From: Vulcanimicrobiota bacterium
GTDB lineage: Bacteria > Vulcanimicrobiota > Vulcanimicrobiia > Vulcanimicrobiales > Vulcanimicrobiaceae
NCBI GenBank assembly: GCA_963786105.1
Contig: CAWAXX010000024.1
Span: forward strand, 94,725-158,724
Direction: 5' to 3'
Length of the DNA: 64,000 nt
In this document: one piece after another, positions 30,220 to 40,118 of the stretch
Position numbering within the stretch: position 1 is the stretch's first letter
Layout: each line of letters begins with the position of its first letter
Notes under the pieces: generated by a model
What the model saw: only the letters and a program-made list of their open reading frames with translations
What the model was told of the DNA's origin: nothing
The model's database searches: none
Position numbers and translations under genes: made by a program

Positions 30220-31430
30220 TCTTGACCCTTTCGTTCGAAGGCAGATGCGAGCTCGCGCATTTGAGTGCGCACGTCGTGGCGCGCCGACACGAGATCGTAC
30301 GCGCGTCCCGCGCGATCGCGGGCCGCGTCCGGATTGAGATAGACGTCTAAAAGCGCTGCGGCCAACGCGTCCGGATCGTCCGGCTTCACGAGCAATCCGC
30401 AGCCGTCGCCGAGTAACTCGCCGACGCTGCCCGAATCGGTTGCGACCACCGGCACGCCGAGGGCCATCGCCTCGAGCAGCGCCGAGGGCACGCCCTCCAT
30501 CATCTTTTCACCGGCCGAGCGGCTCGCCAGCACGACGGCCGAGAACCACCCGAGCCGATACGCATTGTGCAGCGCGTCTCGGGCGATGAACCCTCCGAAG
30601 CGCACGGCGTCTCGGAGTTCCAGAAAATCAACCTCGGCCTCGAGTTCGGCTTGCATCGGTCCCGCGCCGTACAGGGTGCAGCGAACCGGGATGTTGGAAC
30701 GGCGCAGTCTCGCCAGGGCGGCGAAGAGAACCTTATGACCCTTCACGGGAACGAATGCCGCCGGGCACACGATGCGAAACTCGGCGTCGTTGGGACGCAC
30801 CTGCGTTACGCGATCGGGCACGACGGTCCCGAGGCGCAGCCGGCGAATGCGTCCGTTCAGGGCCGGCATCCTCGCTCGCAGATCGCGTTCTCCGCGGTCC
30901 GATATCGCCCGCACGAACGAAACGCTACGTTGTTTGACGTCGAACGCGTTGCGTTCGTAAATATCCCACCGGTGCGCCGTCGCGCTCCAAAGCGCGTCGC
31001 TTGCGAGCGCCGCCACCATCGCGACCGTGGACGGAGTCGACATCCAATACGCATGGACGTGGTCGAAGCGGTGCTCCCTCGCCCAGTCCGCCAGCGCCAA
31101 CGCTTTCACCAGGACCGTGGCGTTCTTTGCGAAGCCGGGATCGCGCGAGGCCATCAACTGTCCGATCGCCCCAATCGTGGCGGCCGGCCGCTCGACCACG
31201 GTTCGTGCCGCCCGCCGCAGTAAGTCCGCGCTCACGAGCGGCCACGCCAGAACTTCGACGCCTTCGGGAACGCGATGCCGGGCCGGCTGCCGGGGCGGGC
31301 GAACCGGCACCACCACGACGCGATCGAAATACCGCACGAGTTCGTCGAGTTCCGACGTCAAGTACGCTTCCTGAGCTCCAAACGGAAAGCGTGAGGTGAC
31401 GACGATTAAGCGCTTGGCGCGACGGCTCAC
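30216..31430 (-). CDS. glycosyltransferase family 4
   Basis: FPFGAQEAYL, HAYW, VKGH, EGVPSALLEAMALGVPVVAT. Confidence 0.88.
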   Translation of the reverse strand: MSRRAKRLIVVTSRFPFGAQEAYLTSELDELVRYFDRVVVVPVRPPRQPARHRVPEGVEVLAWPLVSADLLRRAARTVVERPAATIGAIGQLMASRDPGFAKNATVLVKALALADWAREHRFDHVHAYWMSTPSTVAMVAALASDALWSATAHRWDIYERNAFDVKQRSVSFVRAISDRGERDLRARMPALNGRIRRLRLGTVVPDRVTQVRPNDAEFRIVCPAAFVPVKGHKVLFAALARLRRSNIPVRCTLYGAGPMQAELEAEVDFLELRDAVRFGGFIARDALHNAYRLGWFSAVVLASRSAGEKMMEGVPSALLEAMALGVPVVATDSGSVGELLGDGCGLLVKPDDPDALAAALLDVYLNPDAARDRAGRAYDLVSARHDVRTQMRELASAFERKGQE

Positions 31431-32542
31431 GAGCTGGAACCACACAAGCGCAGGTACATCGTCCGGTGCGCGTCGGCGGTGCGTTTGATATCGTATGCCT
31501 CGCGCGCGTGCCGCTCGGCGCGCTCGGCAAGGGTGCGCCGAAGTTCCGGATTTTCGCGCGCACGTTCGATCTGAGCGGCAAGGTGTTCCGGCGCGAAGCC
31601 GTCGGCGATGAGACCGTAGCGTCCGTGGTCGAGCATATCGGAGGCGCCTAGCCACGGTGTCGTGACGATCGGCACTTTCGCGAGCATCGCCTCGATCAAC
31701 GCTAACGGCATGCCTTCGAACCACGAAGTCATCAGCAGCACGTCCGCTCCGGGCAAGATCGAAGCGACGTCGGTACGGTAGCCGAGAAAGCGGACGCGGC
31801 CCGCAATTCCCAACTCGGTTGCGAGATCGCGTAGCATGGGTTCGTTCTCGCCCGCGCCCACGAACAGCAATACCGAGCGCTCGCGCGTCGCCGGTTCGAG
31901 CGCGGAAAAGGCGCGCAGCGCTAACGCGTGATTTTTTTGATATTCCATGCGCCCGACCAGCGCGATCGCGAACTCGTCGTCGCCGACCGCCAGCCGCTCG
32001 CGAGCGAGAGTCCGGTCTTCGTGACCGTCGACCAGGGTTACGCCGTTTTGAATTGCGAGCATCTTGCCGGCCGGCAGGCGCTCTTGGCGGCTTAGCGCGG
32101 CAACCTGCTCGCTAAAGAACGTCACGACGCGCGCGGTCATCCGATGCAGCAGCCAATCGGCCGCGCGTTCGAGCCGCGTGCGGCGCACGTCGCAGGGATT
32201 ATGCTCGGTATGAACGATGCATCGCGCGCCCGCGAGTAAGGCCGCAAAGCGTCCCCAGTATTTGCCCACGTGGGTGTGAGTGTGAACGATATCCGGTTTG
32301 AAGCGCCGTATTTCGCGCGTCATTTGCCAGATGAACGCTCGGTCGCGGCGATCTCGCCGGCCGGCATGCAGCAACGGAAACGTCAACCTTTGCCGCAAAT
32401 CGGCGGGAGGCTCGTAAATCGTGAGCAGCGCGGCATCGATATCCGGCGACGACAAGTGCCCGAGGAGATCGACGATAAGCCGCTCGGCACCGTAACCGCG
32501 GATCGACGGCAGGATGTGGAGAACGCGCACGGCTGCGGTCAT
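31427..32542 (-). CDS. glycosyltransferase family 4
   Basis: GAER, DIVHTH, HTEH, VGRMEYQKN, EGMPLALIEAM. Confidence 0.9.
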   Translation of the reverse strand: MTAAVRVLHILPSIRGYGAERLIVDLLGHLSSPDIDAALLTIYEPPADLRQRLTFPLLHAGRRDRRDRAFIWQMTREIRRFKPDIVHTHTHVGKYWGRFAALLAGARCIVHTEHNPCDVRRTRLERAADWLLHRMTARVVTFFSEQVAALSRQERLPAGKMLAIQNGVTLVDGHEDRTLARERLAVGDDEFAIALVGRMEYQKNHALALRAFSALEPATRERSVLLFVGAGENEPMLRDLATELGIAGRVRFLGYRTDVASILPGADVLLMTSWFEGMPLALIEAMLAKVPIVTTPWLGASDMLDHGRYGLIADGFAPEHLAAQIERARENPELRRTLAERAERHAREAYDIKRTADAHRTMYLRLCGSSS

Positions 32543-33978
32543 GCGGCTCGATGGAAGAGAAACTCGCAGAGCGTTTGGAACAGCACCGCAACGTCCAGAT
32601 AGGGCGACCAGTTTTCGAGATATTGGAGATCGTAGGCGAGCCGTTCGCCGGCCGCCGACGTGTCGACGTTGCGCTTCATGTGGACGTGCGACCAACCGGT
32701 GATTCCCGGGCGCACCAAGTGTCGCTGATCGTAACGCGCCAGCGTCGCCCGGAAGAGATCGACGAACATGGGCCGCTCGGGCCGGGGCCCGACCAGCGAC
32801 ATATCGCCGCGCAACACGTTGAACAGTTGCGGAAGTTCGTCGATGCTGAAACGCCGCAAGAACGCGCCGATGCGGGTTTTTCGTGGATCGTTGTCGGTGG
32901 CCCACACGGCGCCGATCGTGCTCTCCGCGTCTGGTCGCATCGAGCGAAATTTCAGAATTCGAAACGCCTTGCCGCCCATGCCGGCCCGCTCTTGCGAATA
33001 CAAGATCGGCCAGCCGGAATCGATGACGATGGCGACTGCGGCCACCAGCATGACCGGCGAGAAGAGAATCAGGGCGAGGCTTCCAAACGCGACGTCCATC
33101 AGCCGCTTAACGAGCTGAGCACGCGGCGAGCACGCGCGCAGACGCGCCGGAACGATAAGCACTTGCCGTCCGTCGGTCTGAAGGCTGAGGTCGTAGCAAT
33201 AGCGGATGACCGTGGGCGGCGCGAAGGCTAAACGAATTCTTTCCGACGCGGCGACCTCGAGAACGTGAGCGAGCAGGTGCGACGGAATCATCTCGGTCAG
33301 GATGAGCGCGTCGCAACCCCATCTGCGCGCGTGGTTGAACCACTCGATGCGTTGGAGTTCCGGATCGCGACTGAGGTCGATCTGGCCGATAGCCTCGGCA
33401 ATGTCGTCGACGACGATGAGTTGAGTCTCCGCATCGTCGGGCAGCTCCAGGCTTTCGAGAACTCGGTCGATGTGGTCGGACGTTCCGACGAGGCTAACCC
33501 TGCGCCGGCCCTTGAACCATTCGTTGTGCCGGATACGGTGCAGCATCGCTCGGGACGAGCCGACCAGGACGATTGAAAACGCCAGCGCGAAGATCAGCGC
33601 GATACGCGAGGTCGAGATCCCCGGATAGATCGTAAAGAGGACGAGTTGCGGGACGGTTCCCAGCATTAACGCCGCGATCGTATAGTAGAGCTCGTCCTTC
33701 ATCGATAAGGCGTACGTGCGCCGATACAAGCCCAAACGATCGAAAACGATCACCCAAAGCGCAACGTAAAGAACTTCGGCGATGAGAAGGTGCCCGACGA
33801 TTCTCGGCGACTGCCAGTGATGGAAGCCGATCAGAGCGCCGAGACACGAAGCGATGACGAACAGCGTGACGTCGGTGATCACCAAGATCGCGACCCACCT
33901 CGCCGGGAATGCGCGAGGTGCGCCCCGAGTAATTGATTTCTGTTGGGGAGCCGGGCGCTCGACGATACGGGTTGCCAT
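32539..33978 (-). CDS. priming polyprenyl-phosphate glycosylphosphotransferase (WcaJ/WbaP-like)
   Basis: N-terminal TMs; KFRSM, DPRKTRIGAFLR, DELPQLFNVLRGDMSLVGPRPE, RPGITG. Confidence 0.93.
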   Translation of the reverse strand: MATRIVERPAPQQKSITRGAPRAFPARWVAILVITDVTLFVIASCLGALIGFHHWQSPRIVGHLLIAEVLYVALWVIVFDRLGLYRRTYALSMKDELYYTIAALMLGTVPQLVLFTIYPGISTSRIALIFALAFSIVLVGSSRAMLHRIRHNEWFKGRRRVSLVGTSDHIDRVLESLELPDDAETQLIVVDDIAEAIGQIDLSRDPELQRIEWFNHARRWGCDALILTEMIPSHLLAHVLEVAASERIRLAFAPPTVIRYCYDLSLQTDGRQVLIVPARLRACSPRAQLVKRLMDVAFGSLALILFSPVMLVAAVAIVIDSGWPILYSQERAGMGGKAFRILKFRSMRPDAESTIGAVWATDNDPRKTRIGAFLRRFSIDELPQLFNVLRGDMSLVGPRPERPMFVDLFRATLARYDQRHLVRPGITGWSHVHMKRNVDTSAAGERLAYDLQYLENWSPYLDVAVLFQTLCEFLFHRAA

Positions 33979-34143
33979 GAATGTTCAAATGATACGCGTC
34001 GGGGAGCCGGGCTCGGAGTGCCGTTAGCACTACGCGGCGTGACTCACGGAGAAAAGGACACAAGTCCCTCCATCGAAGGTCCCAACCTTTGAGCAGTGTC
34101 GTCCTTATGGAGCGGCCCCTTCGCAGCGTACTATTTGAGCACG

Positions 34144-36282
34144 ATGCCAAATATAGCGCGGTTCGGGGGCCCGGCCTCGTTGACGCAGTACGAAGCGCAA
34201 CCGGACCGGACAGACGACAAACGCGACCTCGAACGCCTGTATTCCGCCCTTGTAAAACGTTGGCGCGTATTTGCCGCGGTGGCGGGTGGATTCGTCGCAC
34301 TGGTTGCGATCGTCACCATTTTGACGCCGAAATCGTACACGACGACGGTGCGAATGCTCGCTGGCCGGTCCGATACGAACGTTGCGACCTCCGATAACAG
34401 CACGACCCTTCCGGTCCTCAACGCCCTGGTGCTGCAGAGCGGAGTCCAGTCGGCCGAAACCTTCGCGGCGCTGGCGCAGCAGCGCGATATCGCGTCGACC
34501 GTCATCAAGCAACTCAACCTTACGATCACGCCGAAAGAGCTGCTAGGCAGAGTAAGCGTACGCCCGATCGCCAATACCGCGCTCCTCAATCTCAACGTCA
34601 GCGGGAAGACGCCCGATGAGTCCGCGCAGGTCGCCAATGCGTTTTCGAGCGCCTTCGTCGACGAGGAGCGCGATTTCGTCCGTTCCGAAGCGGTTTCGGC
34701 AATCGGTTACTTATCTAAGGAGCTGCCGAGCGCCCGCGATCGCATGCGGACGACCGCTGCCCAACTCGCGCAATTTCAATCGGCCCACGGTTATATGGAC
34801 GCGACGTCACACGAGCAGGACGTGGTATCGCGCGTCGGCACCATCGATCAGCGCATCGACCAGTTGACCGTCGACGCGAGTGAGGCGAAGGCACTTCTCG
34901 CCAGCGCATCGGGCCAAATGGGCGCGCTCTCCGTCACCGTCGACAGCGCCCAGCAGGTGCAGCGTAACCCCGTTTCTTCCGACCTGCGGTCGAAACTCGC
35001 CGACGTCGAAACCCAGCTCGCGACGGCTCAGCAAAAGTATACGCCGGCGCACCCGACCGTCATCTCGCTTCAGCAGCAGCGCGCGGCGATCATCGCACAA
35101 ATCGCGGCTCAACCTTCGGCCGTCGTAAGCGAGACGACGGTGGCGCCCAATCCGCTCTATCAATCGTTGCAGCAACAAGCGGCGACCTATCGGGCTCGCA
35201 TTCAAGGCGATCAGGCGCAAGTGCGTTCGCTGCGTACGCAGCGGCGCGCCTATCGCGCCGACGTCAAGTCGCTGCCGCAACAAGCCGTGCAGTTTGCCGC
35301 CGTACAAGAGGACGCAAAACGCGCCGCAAACGTCTACAACGCGCTCGAACAAAAATATAGCGACGCGCTGGTTGCCGGCTCGACGGCGATTAGCGACATC
35401 ATCATCGTTCAGCCCGCGAGCGCCGACGCGGCCATAAAGCGTCCGAGCTTGTCCATGAACCTGGCGATCGCGCTCGCGGTCGGCCTGCTTCTCGGACTGG
35501 CGGTCGTCTACGTTCTCGACGTGATCGAACGCCGGGCCGCCGGCGCCAACGTCGCCGGTCTGCTGGGACTGCCGGTCGTCGCGCGAATTCCCGAGTTCGA
35601 GGTCAAGAATCCGCGTATGCTTCCGTCTGTCCAAGCGATGACCGTGGAAGCGTTCCTGCATCTCTGCGTGACGCTGCATCACACAAATAGGCGTCGCTTG
35701 AGAAGTCTCGCGGTTTTGAGCGCCCGTCGTGGCGAAGGCAAGTCTACGGTCGCGCTCAACCTCGCCAAGAGTTTATCGACGCTGAACCCGGGCGTTCTGC
35801 TGATCGACGCAGACCTTCGCCAGCCGACGCTGCACGAAAAAGCCGCTTGCCCCAATACCGCCGGTTTGAGCAACGTGCTCGACGGCTCTATGTCGATGCA
35901 CGAAGCGGTCCAGCATCTCGCGCCCGGCCTCGACATCCTCACCAGCGGTCCGGATTCGCTCGCACCGGTGCGGCTGCTAAACTCGCAGTTCGAAGCCCTG
36001 CTCGGCAAAGCGCGGGTGGCCTACGAGACCGTGATCGTCGACACGCCGGCTCTCTCGGCCGTATCCGACGGCCTGATGGTCGCCGCGCACACCGACGGTT
36101 CGCTCCTGGTCGTCGCCGCCAACGGAACCGACGAAAGCGACGCACGCAAGGCCGTCGATCAACTGAAACTCTTCGGTATCGATAACGTGCTTGGCGTCGT
36201 CGTGAACAAGGACGTGGTGACGATCAGCGATTACGACGACTACTTCGTGCGTATGCGCGCGCTGATGGCGGGGTCGGCATGA
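34144..36282 (+). CDS. wzc: polysaccharide co-polymerase / tyrosine autokinase
   Basis: Two TMs around a coiled coil with YTPAHP; Walker A GEGKST; LIDADLRQP; IVDTP; short Tyr tail DYDDYF; start could be 34096. Confidence 0.88.
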   Translation: MPNIARFGGPASLTQYEAQPDRTDDKRDLERLYSALVKRWRVFAAVAGGFVALVAIVTILTPKSYTTTVRMLAGRSDTNVATSDNSTTLPVLNALVLQSGVQSAETFAALAQQRDIASTVIKQLNLTITPKELLGRVSVRPIANTALLNLNVSGKTPDESAQVANAFSSAFVDEERDFVRSEAVSAIGYLSKELPSARDRMRTTAAQLAQFQSAHGYMDATSHEQDVVSRVGTIDQRIDQLTVDASEAKALLASASGQMGALSVTVDSAQQVQRNPVSSDLRSKLADVETQLATAQQKYTPAHPTVISLQQQRAAIIAQIAAQPSAVVSETTVAPNPLYQSLQQQAATYRARIQGDQAQVRSLRTQRRAYRADVKSLPQQAVQFAAVQEDAKRAANVYNALEQKYSDALVAGSTAISDIIIVQPASADAAIKRPSLSMNLAIALAVGLLLGLAVVYVLDVIERRAAGANVAGLLGLPVVARIPEFEVKNPRMLPSVQAMTVEAFLHLCVTLHHTNRRRLRSLAVLSARRGEGKSTVALNLAKSLSTLNPGVLLIDADLRQPTLHEKAACPNTAGLSNVLDGSMSMHEAVQHLAPGLDILTSGPDSLAPVRLLNSQFEALLGKARVAYETVIVDTPALSAVSDGLMVAAHTDGSLLVVAANGTDESDARKAVDQLKLFGIDNVLGVVVNKDVVTISDYDDYFVRMRALMAGSA

Positions 36283-37256
36283 ACGGCGTAACGGTCATCG
36301 TACCGGCCTACAACGAAGGACCCGGTCTTGCCGACGCACTGACGGCGATGGCGACGTATTTCGCATCGCACGGCGGGACGTACGAGTTCTCATACCTCAT
36401 CGTCGACGACGGTAGCGACGACCACACCCTTGCCGTGGCCGAGGCGTTCGCGCGCCGGTGCAGGCGAGTTCGCGTTCTCAGGCACGAAGAAAATCGGGGT
36501 CTCGGCGCCGCGCTGCGCACCGCTTTCGACAACGTCAGCACGGACCTCGCGGTCGTCTTGGACGCCGATCTCAGTTATTCGCCGGCAACCGCCATGCAGC
36601 TGATCGAGGCTCTGGTAATCGAGCGAGCCGACGTCGCGCTGGCATCGCCATACGCCCTCGGCGGAAGCGTGCTCAACGTTCCGGTGCTGCGCCGGTTGCT
36701 GAGCCGGGAAGCGAATCGTTTCCTGTCGCTCGCGACGAACGGACGCTACGCGACCTTGACGTGCATGGTGCGCGCCTACCGCGTGGCCGCCCTTCGCCGT
36801 TTGGAGTTTCGCGGCGACAGAATGGTGGCCATCGCCGAGATGCTGCTGTGCGCGCTGCGGCTGAACATGCGAGTCGTCGAAGTCCCCGCAACGCTCGAGT
36901 GGAGCGAAGCGCGACGCAACGGCGGCCGGCGCATCAACCTCGCGCGGATCGCATCGCAGATCGGGGCGACGGTGCTTCTAGGGTGCCGTTACCGTCCCGC
37001 GCTCTGGCTCGCGCTTCCCGGGCTATTTCCCGGATTGCTGCCTCTGGTCGTCGCTCTGCTGCTCGCTTTTCGCGTAAGCCGCGCCACCCTGGCAATCGGC
37101 ACCACTGCAACCATCGTCGTCCAATATACGAGCCTCGCGCTCTTTACGGGTCAAATTACCGCGTTTATCCGTCAAAAGTTTAACCAAAAACGCCGCTACC
37201 GATCGAATGGAGTAAAGAACAATAATGGCCTTAACGTTCCAACCCACACCGCATAG
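36279..37256 (+). CDS. glycosyltransferase family 2, polyprenol-phosphate sugar synthase (DPM1/ArnC-like)
   Basis: VPAYNE, VDDGS, NRGLGAALR, LDADLS, C-terminal TMs. Confidence 0.85.
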   Translation: MNGVTVIVPAYNEGPGLADALTAMATYFASHGGTYEFSYLIVDDGSDDHTLAVAEAFARRCRRVRVLRHEENRGLGAALRTAFDNVSTDLAVVLDADLSYSPATAMQLIEALVIERADVALASPYALGGSVLNVPVLRRLLSREANRFLSLATNGRYATLTCMVRAYRVAALRRLEFRGDRMVAIAEMLLCALRLNMRVVEVPATLEWSEARRNGGRRINLARIASQIGATVLLGCRYRPALWLALPGLFPGLLPLVVALLLAFRVSRATLAIGTTATIVVQYTSLALFTGQITAFIRQKFNQKRRYRSNGVKNNNGLNVPTHTA

Positions 37257-38466
37257 AGTCCTACCGTCCGATCAGGACGCATCGGGACGGACTCTGGGCG
37301 ACGAAGAAATCGCCGCAGTCACCGCCGCTCTCCGAAGCGGAACGCTAACCAGCACGAAAGGCCAGTTCGTTTCGCAGCTCGAGTCGCGGTTTGCATCCAT
37401 GATGGGTGCAAAATACGCATACGCGTGCTCGTCGGGGACTGCGGCCATCCACTGCGCGATAGCGGCGCTCGATCTCGAACCCGGAGACGAAGTGATTACG
37501 ACGCCGATTACCGACATGGGCGCGCTTTCGCCGATTCTCTACCAGGGCGCGATTCCGGTATTCGCCGACGTCGATCCGCGGACGTGCAACGTGACCGCCT
37601 CGACGATTGCCGATCGCATGAGCGATCGAACCAAGGCCATCGTCGTGACCCATTTGTTCGGGAACCCTTGCGAAATGCCGAGGATCGTCGCGCTCGCCAA
37701 AGACGCCGGCATCCCCGTAATCGAGGACTGCGCCCAAGCTTTCCTCTCGAGCTATAACGGACAGTTCGTCGGAACGATCGGCAGCATCGGCTGCTTTAGC
37801 CTTCAGCAGGGCAAGCACATCACCACGGGCGAGGGCGGCCTCGTCGTCACCGACGATCCGCAGCTCGCCAGGCGGATGTTCCTCTTCATCAACAAGGCGT
37901 GGGGCTACGGCGATCAGCACCCCGATCATTACTTTCTCGCCCTGAACTACCGCATGTCGGAACTGTGCGGAAGCGTGGCGTGCGCGCAGCTCGATAAGCT
38001 TCCGGCCGTCGTAGCGCGACGCCGGATGCTCGCCGGAATCCTGACCGAAATGCTTAGCGACGTGCACGGCATCGTGACGCCGACGATTTTGCGCGGCGCG
38101 CAGCACAGCTACTGGAAGTACTGCATCAGGACGGACGCCTCGCTGCCGAAAGACGCGGTTCTCGAGATGGCAAAACACTTGAAGGAACGCGGCATCGCCT
38201 GTGCGCCGCGTTACATTCAGAAACCGGCGTTCATGTGCGAGGTCTTTGCGCGCCGTAAGACCTTCGGCAGCAGCGGATATCCGTTTAACCTCGCGCGCCC
38301 CGAAGCGCTCGACTATAACCCGGCAAGCTATCCTGGGACGCTGGCCGCACTCGAGCGCATCCTCGTAGTACCCTGGAACGACCTCTACGACGAAGACGAC
38401 GTGCGATACATCGCCAACGCGATCTCGTCGGCCGCCGCCGATCTAACCTGTGAGGTAGCCTCGTGA
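37225..38466 (+). CDS. DegT/DnrJ/EryC1/StrS sugar aminotransferase
   Basis: SSGTAAIH, IEDCAQA, FSLQQGKHITTGEGG, NYRMSE. Confidence 0.93.
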   Translation: MALTFQPTPHRVLPSDQDASGRTLGDEEIAAVTAALRSGTLTSTKGQFVSQLESRFASMMGAKYAYACSSGTAAIHCAIAALDLEPGDEVITTPITDMGALSPILYQGAIPVFADVDPRTCNVTASTIADRMSDRTKAIVVTHLFGNPCEMPRIVALAKDAGIPVIEDCAQAFLSSYNGQFVGTIGSIGCFSLQQGKHITTGEGGLVVTDDPQLARRMFLFINKAWGYGDQHPDHYFLALNYRMSELCGSVACAQLDKLPAVVARRRMLAGILTEMLSDVHGIVTPTILRGAQHSYWKYCIRTDASLPKDAVLEMAKHLKERGIACAPRYIQKPAFMCEVFARRKTFGSSGYPFNLARPEALDYNPASYPGTLAALERILVVPWNDLYDEDDVRYIANAISSAAADLTCEVAS

Positions 38467-39503
38467 AGAAGAAACGTTTTGCAATCGTCGGCGCCGGCGC
38501 AATCGCGCGTGCCTACGAAACCGCCTTCGCGTCGGTGGAGAACGCCGCCATCGTCGCGGTGTGCGACGTGGAAGCCGCGGCGGCCAAGGAATACGCGCGG
38601 CGCGTAGGCTGCCCCGCCTATCCCACGACGCGGCACTTGCTCGCCGGCGCGGACTTCGATGCGGCAGTCGTGTGTACGCCGCCGGTGTCGCACGAAACCA
38701 TCACCTGCGAGCTCCTTCAAAACGGCAAACACGTGCTGTGCGAGAAACCGCTCGCGGTGAGCGTCGCCGCCGCCCAACGCATGGTGACGACCGCGCAGCG
38801 CAGCGGCGCCATTCTCACGATGGCTTCGAAGTTTCGGTACGCGGCCGACGTCCGTAAGGCGCGAGAGCTGCTCGCGTCGGGCACCATCGGGGAGTTGGTT
38901 TTTGCGGAGAACGCCTTCGCATCGCACGTCGACATGCGCAATCGCTGGAACTCAAACGCCGCGGTGAGCGGCGGAGGGGTGCTCATCGACAACGGGACGC
39001 ACGCGGTCGACGTTCTGCGGTATTTCCTGGGCAATCTGTGCGACATTCAGGTCGTCGAAGGGCGCCGCATGCAGGGCTTGGCCGTCGAAGACACCGTGCG
39101 GCTATTCGTCCATAACGACGACGGCGTCGTCGGAACTTCGGATCTTTCGTGGAGCATCGATAAAGAACTCGAGACCTTCTTGAGACTGTACGGAAGCCTC
39201 GGCACGATTCTGGTCGGATGGAGAGAGTCGCGCTTTCGCCGGCGCGGAGAGAGCGACTGGCACGTTTTCGGGAGCGGCTACGACAAGATCCAAGCGTTTC
39301 GCGACCAACTGAACAACTTCTGCGACGCGATCGACGGCACCGACCGTCTCGTCGTAACGGCCGACGACGGCCTAGCCTCGGTCAAGGTTATTCAGGCCGC
39401 ATATGCGGCGCTGGAAAGAGCGCGCTGGGAGCGCATCGGTACGCACCTCGAAGATCTCGAAATCGCTCCGCTGCGGGTCACGCGCGAGGCGGCGGCGTCG
39501 TAA
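38463..39503 (+). CDS. Gfo/Idh/MocA family oxidoreductase
   Basis: VGAGAIA, HVLCEKP, GGGVLIDNGTHAVD. Confidence 0.92.
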   Translation: MKKKRFAIVGAGAIARAYETAFASVENAAIVAVCDVEAAAAKEYARRVGCPAYPTTRHLLAGADFDAAVVCTPPVSHETITCELLQNGKHVLCEKPLAVSVAAAQRMVTTAQRSGAILTMASKFRYAADVRKARELLASGTIGELVFAENAFASHVDMRNRWNSNAAVSGGGVLIDNGTHAVDVLRYFLGNLCDIQVVEGRRMQGLAVEDTVRLFVHNDDGVVGTSDLSWSIDKELETFLRLYGSLGTILVGWRESRFRRRGESDWHVFGSGYDKIQAFRDQLNNFCDAIDGTDRLVVTADDGLASVKVIQAAYAALERARWERIGTHLEDLEIAPLRVTREAAAS

Positions 39504-39506
39504 CAT

Positions 39507-40118
39507 ATGACCGTCCACCCTACAGCGAACGTCGAACCGGGCGTCGTCATCGGACGTAACACGGCCATTTGGGACAACGTTCACATCCGCCACTCCACGC
39601 GCATCGGCGCGGACTGCATCATCGGGGAGAAGTCCTACATCGCATACGGCGTCGAAATCGGCGATCTGGTAAAAATAAACGCCTTCGTGTACGTCTGTAC
39701 CGCCGTAACGATCGAGCGAGGCGTCATGATCGCCGCGGGCGTCGTATTCACCAACGACCGGTGTCCGCGAGCGACGAATCCCCAACTGGATCGCTTGTTG
39801 TCTTCGGACCCCGATGAGAAGACGCTGAAAACGTTGGTGTGCGAAGGCGCTACGATCGGCGCTCAGGCGACGATCGGACCGGGCCTGCGAATCGGGCGCT
39901 TTGCAATGGTGGGCATGGGCTCCGTCGTAACGCGCGACGTTCCGGATTTTTGCATCGTTGCGGGTAATCCGGCAAAGCCGGTCGGATTTGCCTGCACCTG
40001 CGGGCGCACCCTGGTGCGCCTGACGACCGCAGAAGGCCGCCGCGAACTGCGCTGCCACACGTGCGATGCCGAATACGTTCTCGAAGGTACCAGAGTCACC
40101 GAAGCGGCGCTGATCTGA
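39507..40118 (+). CDS. hexapeptide-repeat N-acetyltransferase (WbpD-like) with C-terminal Cys cluster
   Basis: Left-handed beta-helix repeats, VFTND, VAGNPA, CTC...CHTC. Confidence 0.88.
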   Translation: MTVHPTANVEPGVVIGRNTAIWDNVHIRHSTRIGADCIIGEKSYIAYGVEIGDLVKINAFVYVCTAVTIERGVMIAAGVVFTNDRCPRATNPQLDRLLSSDPDEKTLKTLVCEGATIGAQATIGPGLRIGRFAMVGMGSVVTRDVPDFCIVAGNPAKPVGFACTCGRTLVRLTTAEGRRELRCHTCDAEYVLEGTRVTEAALI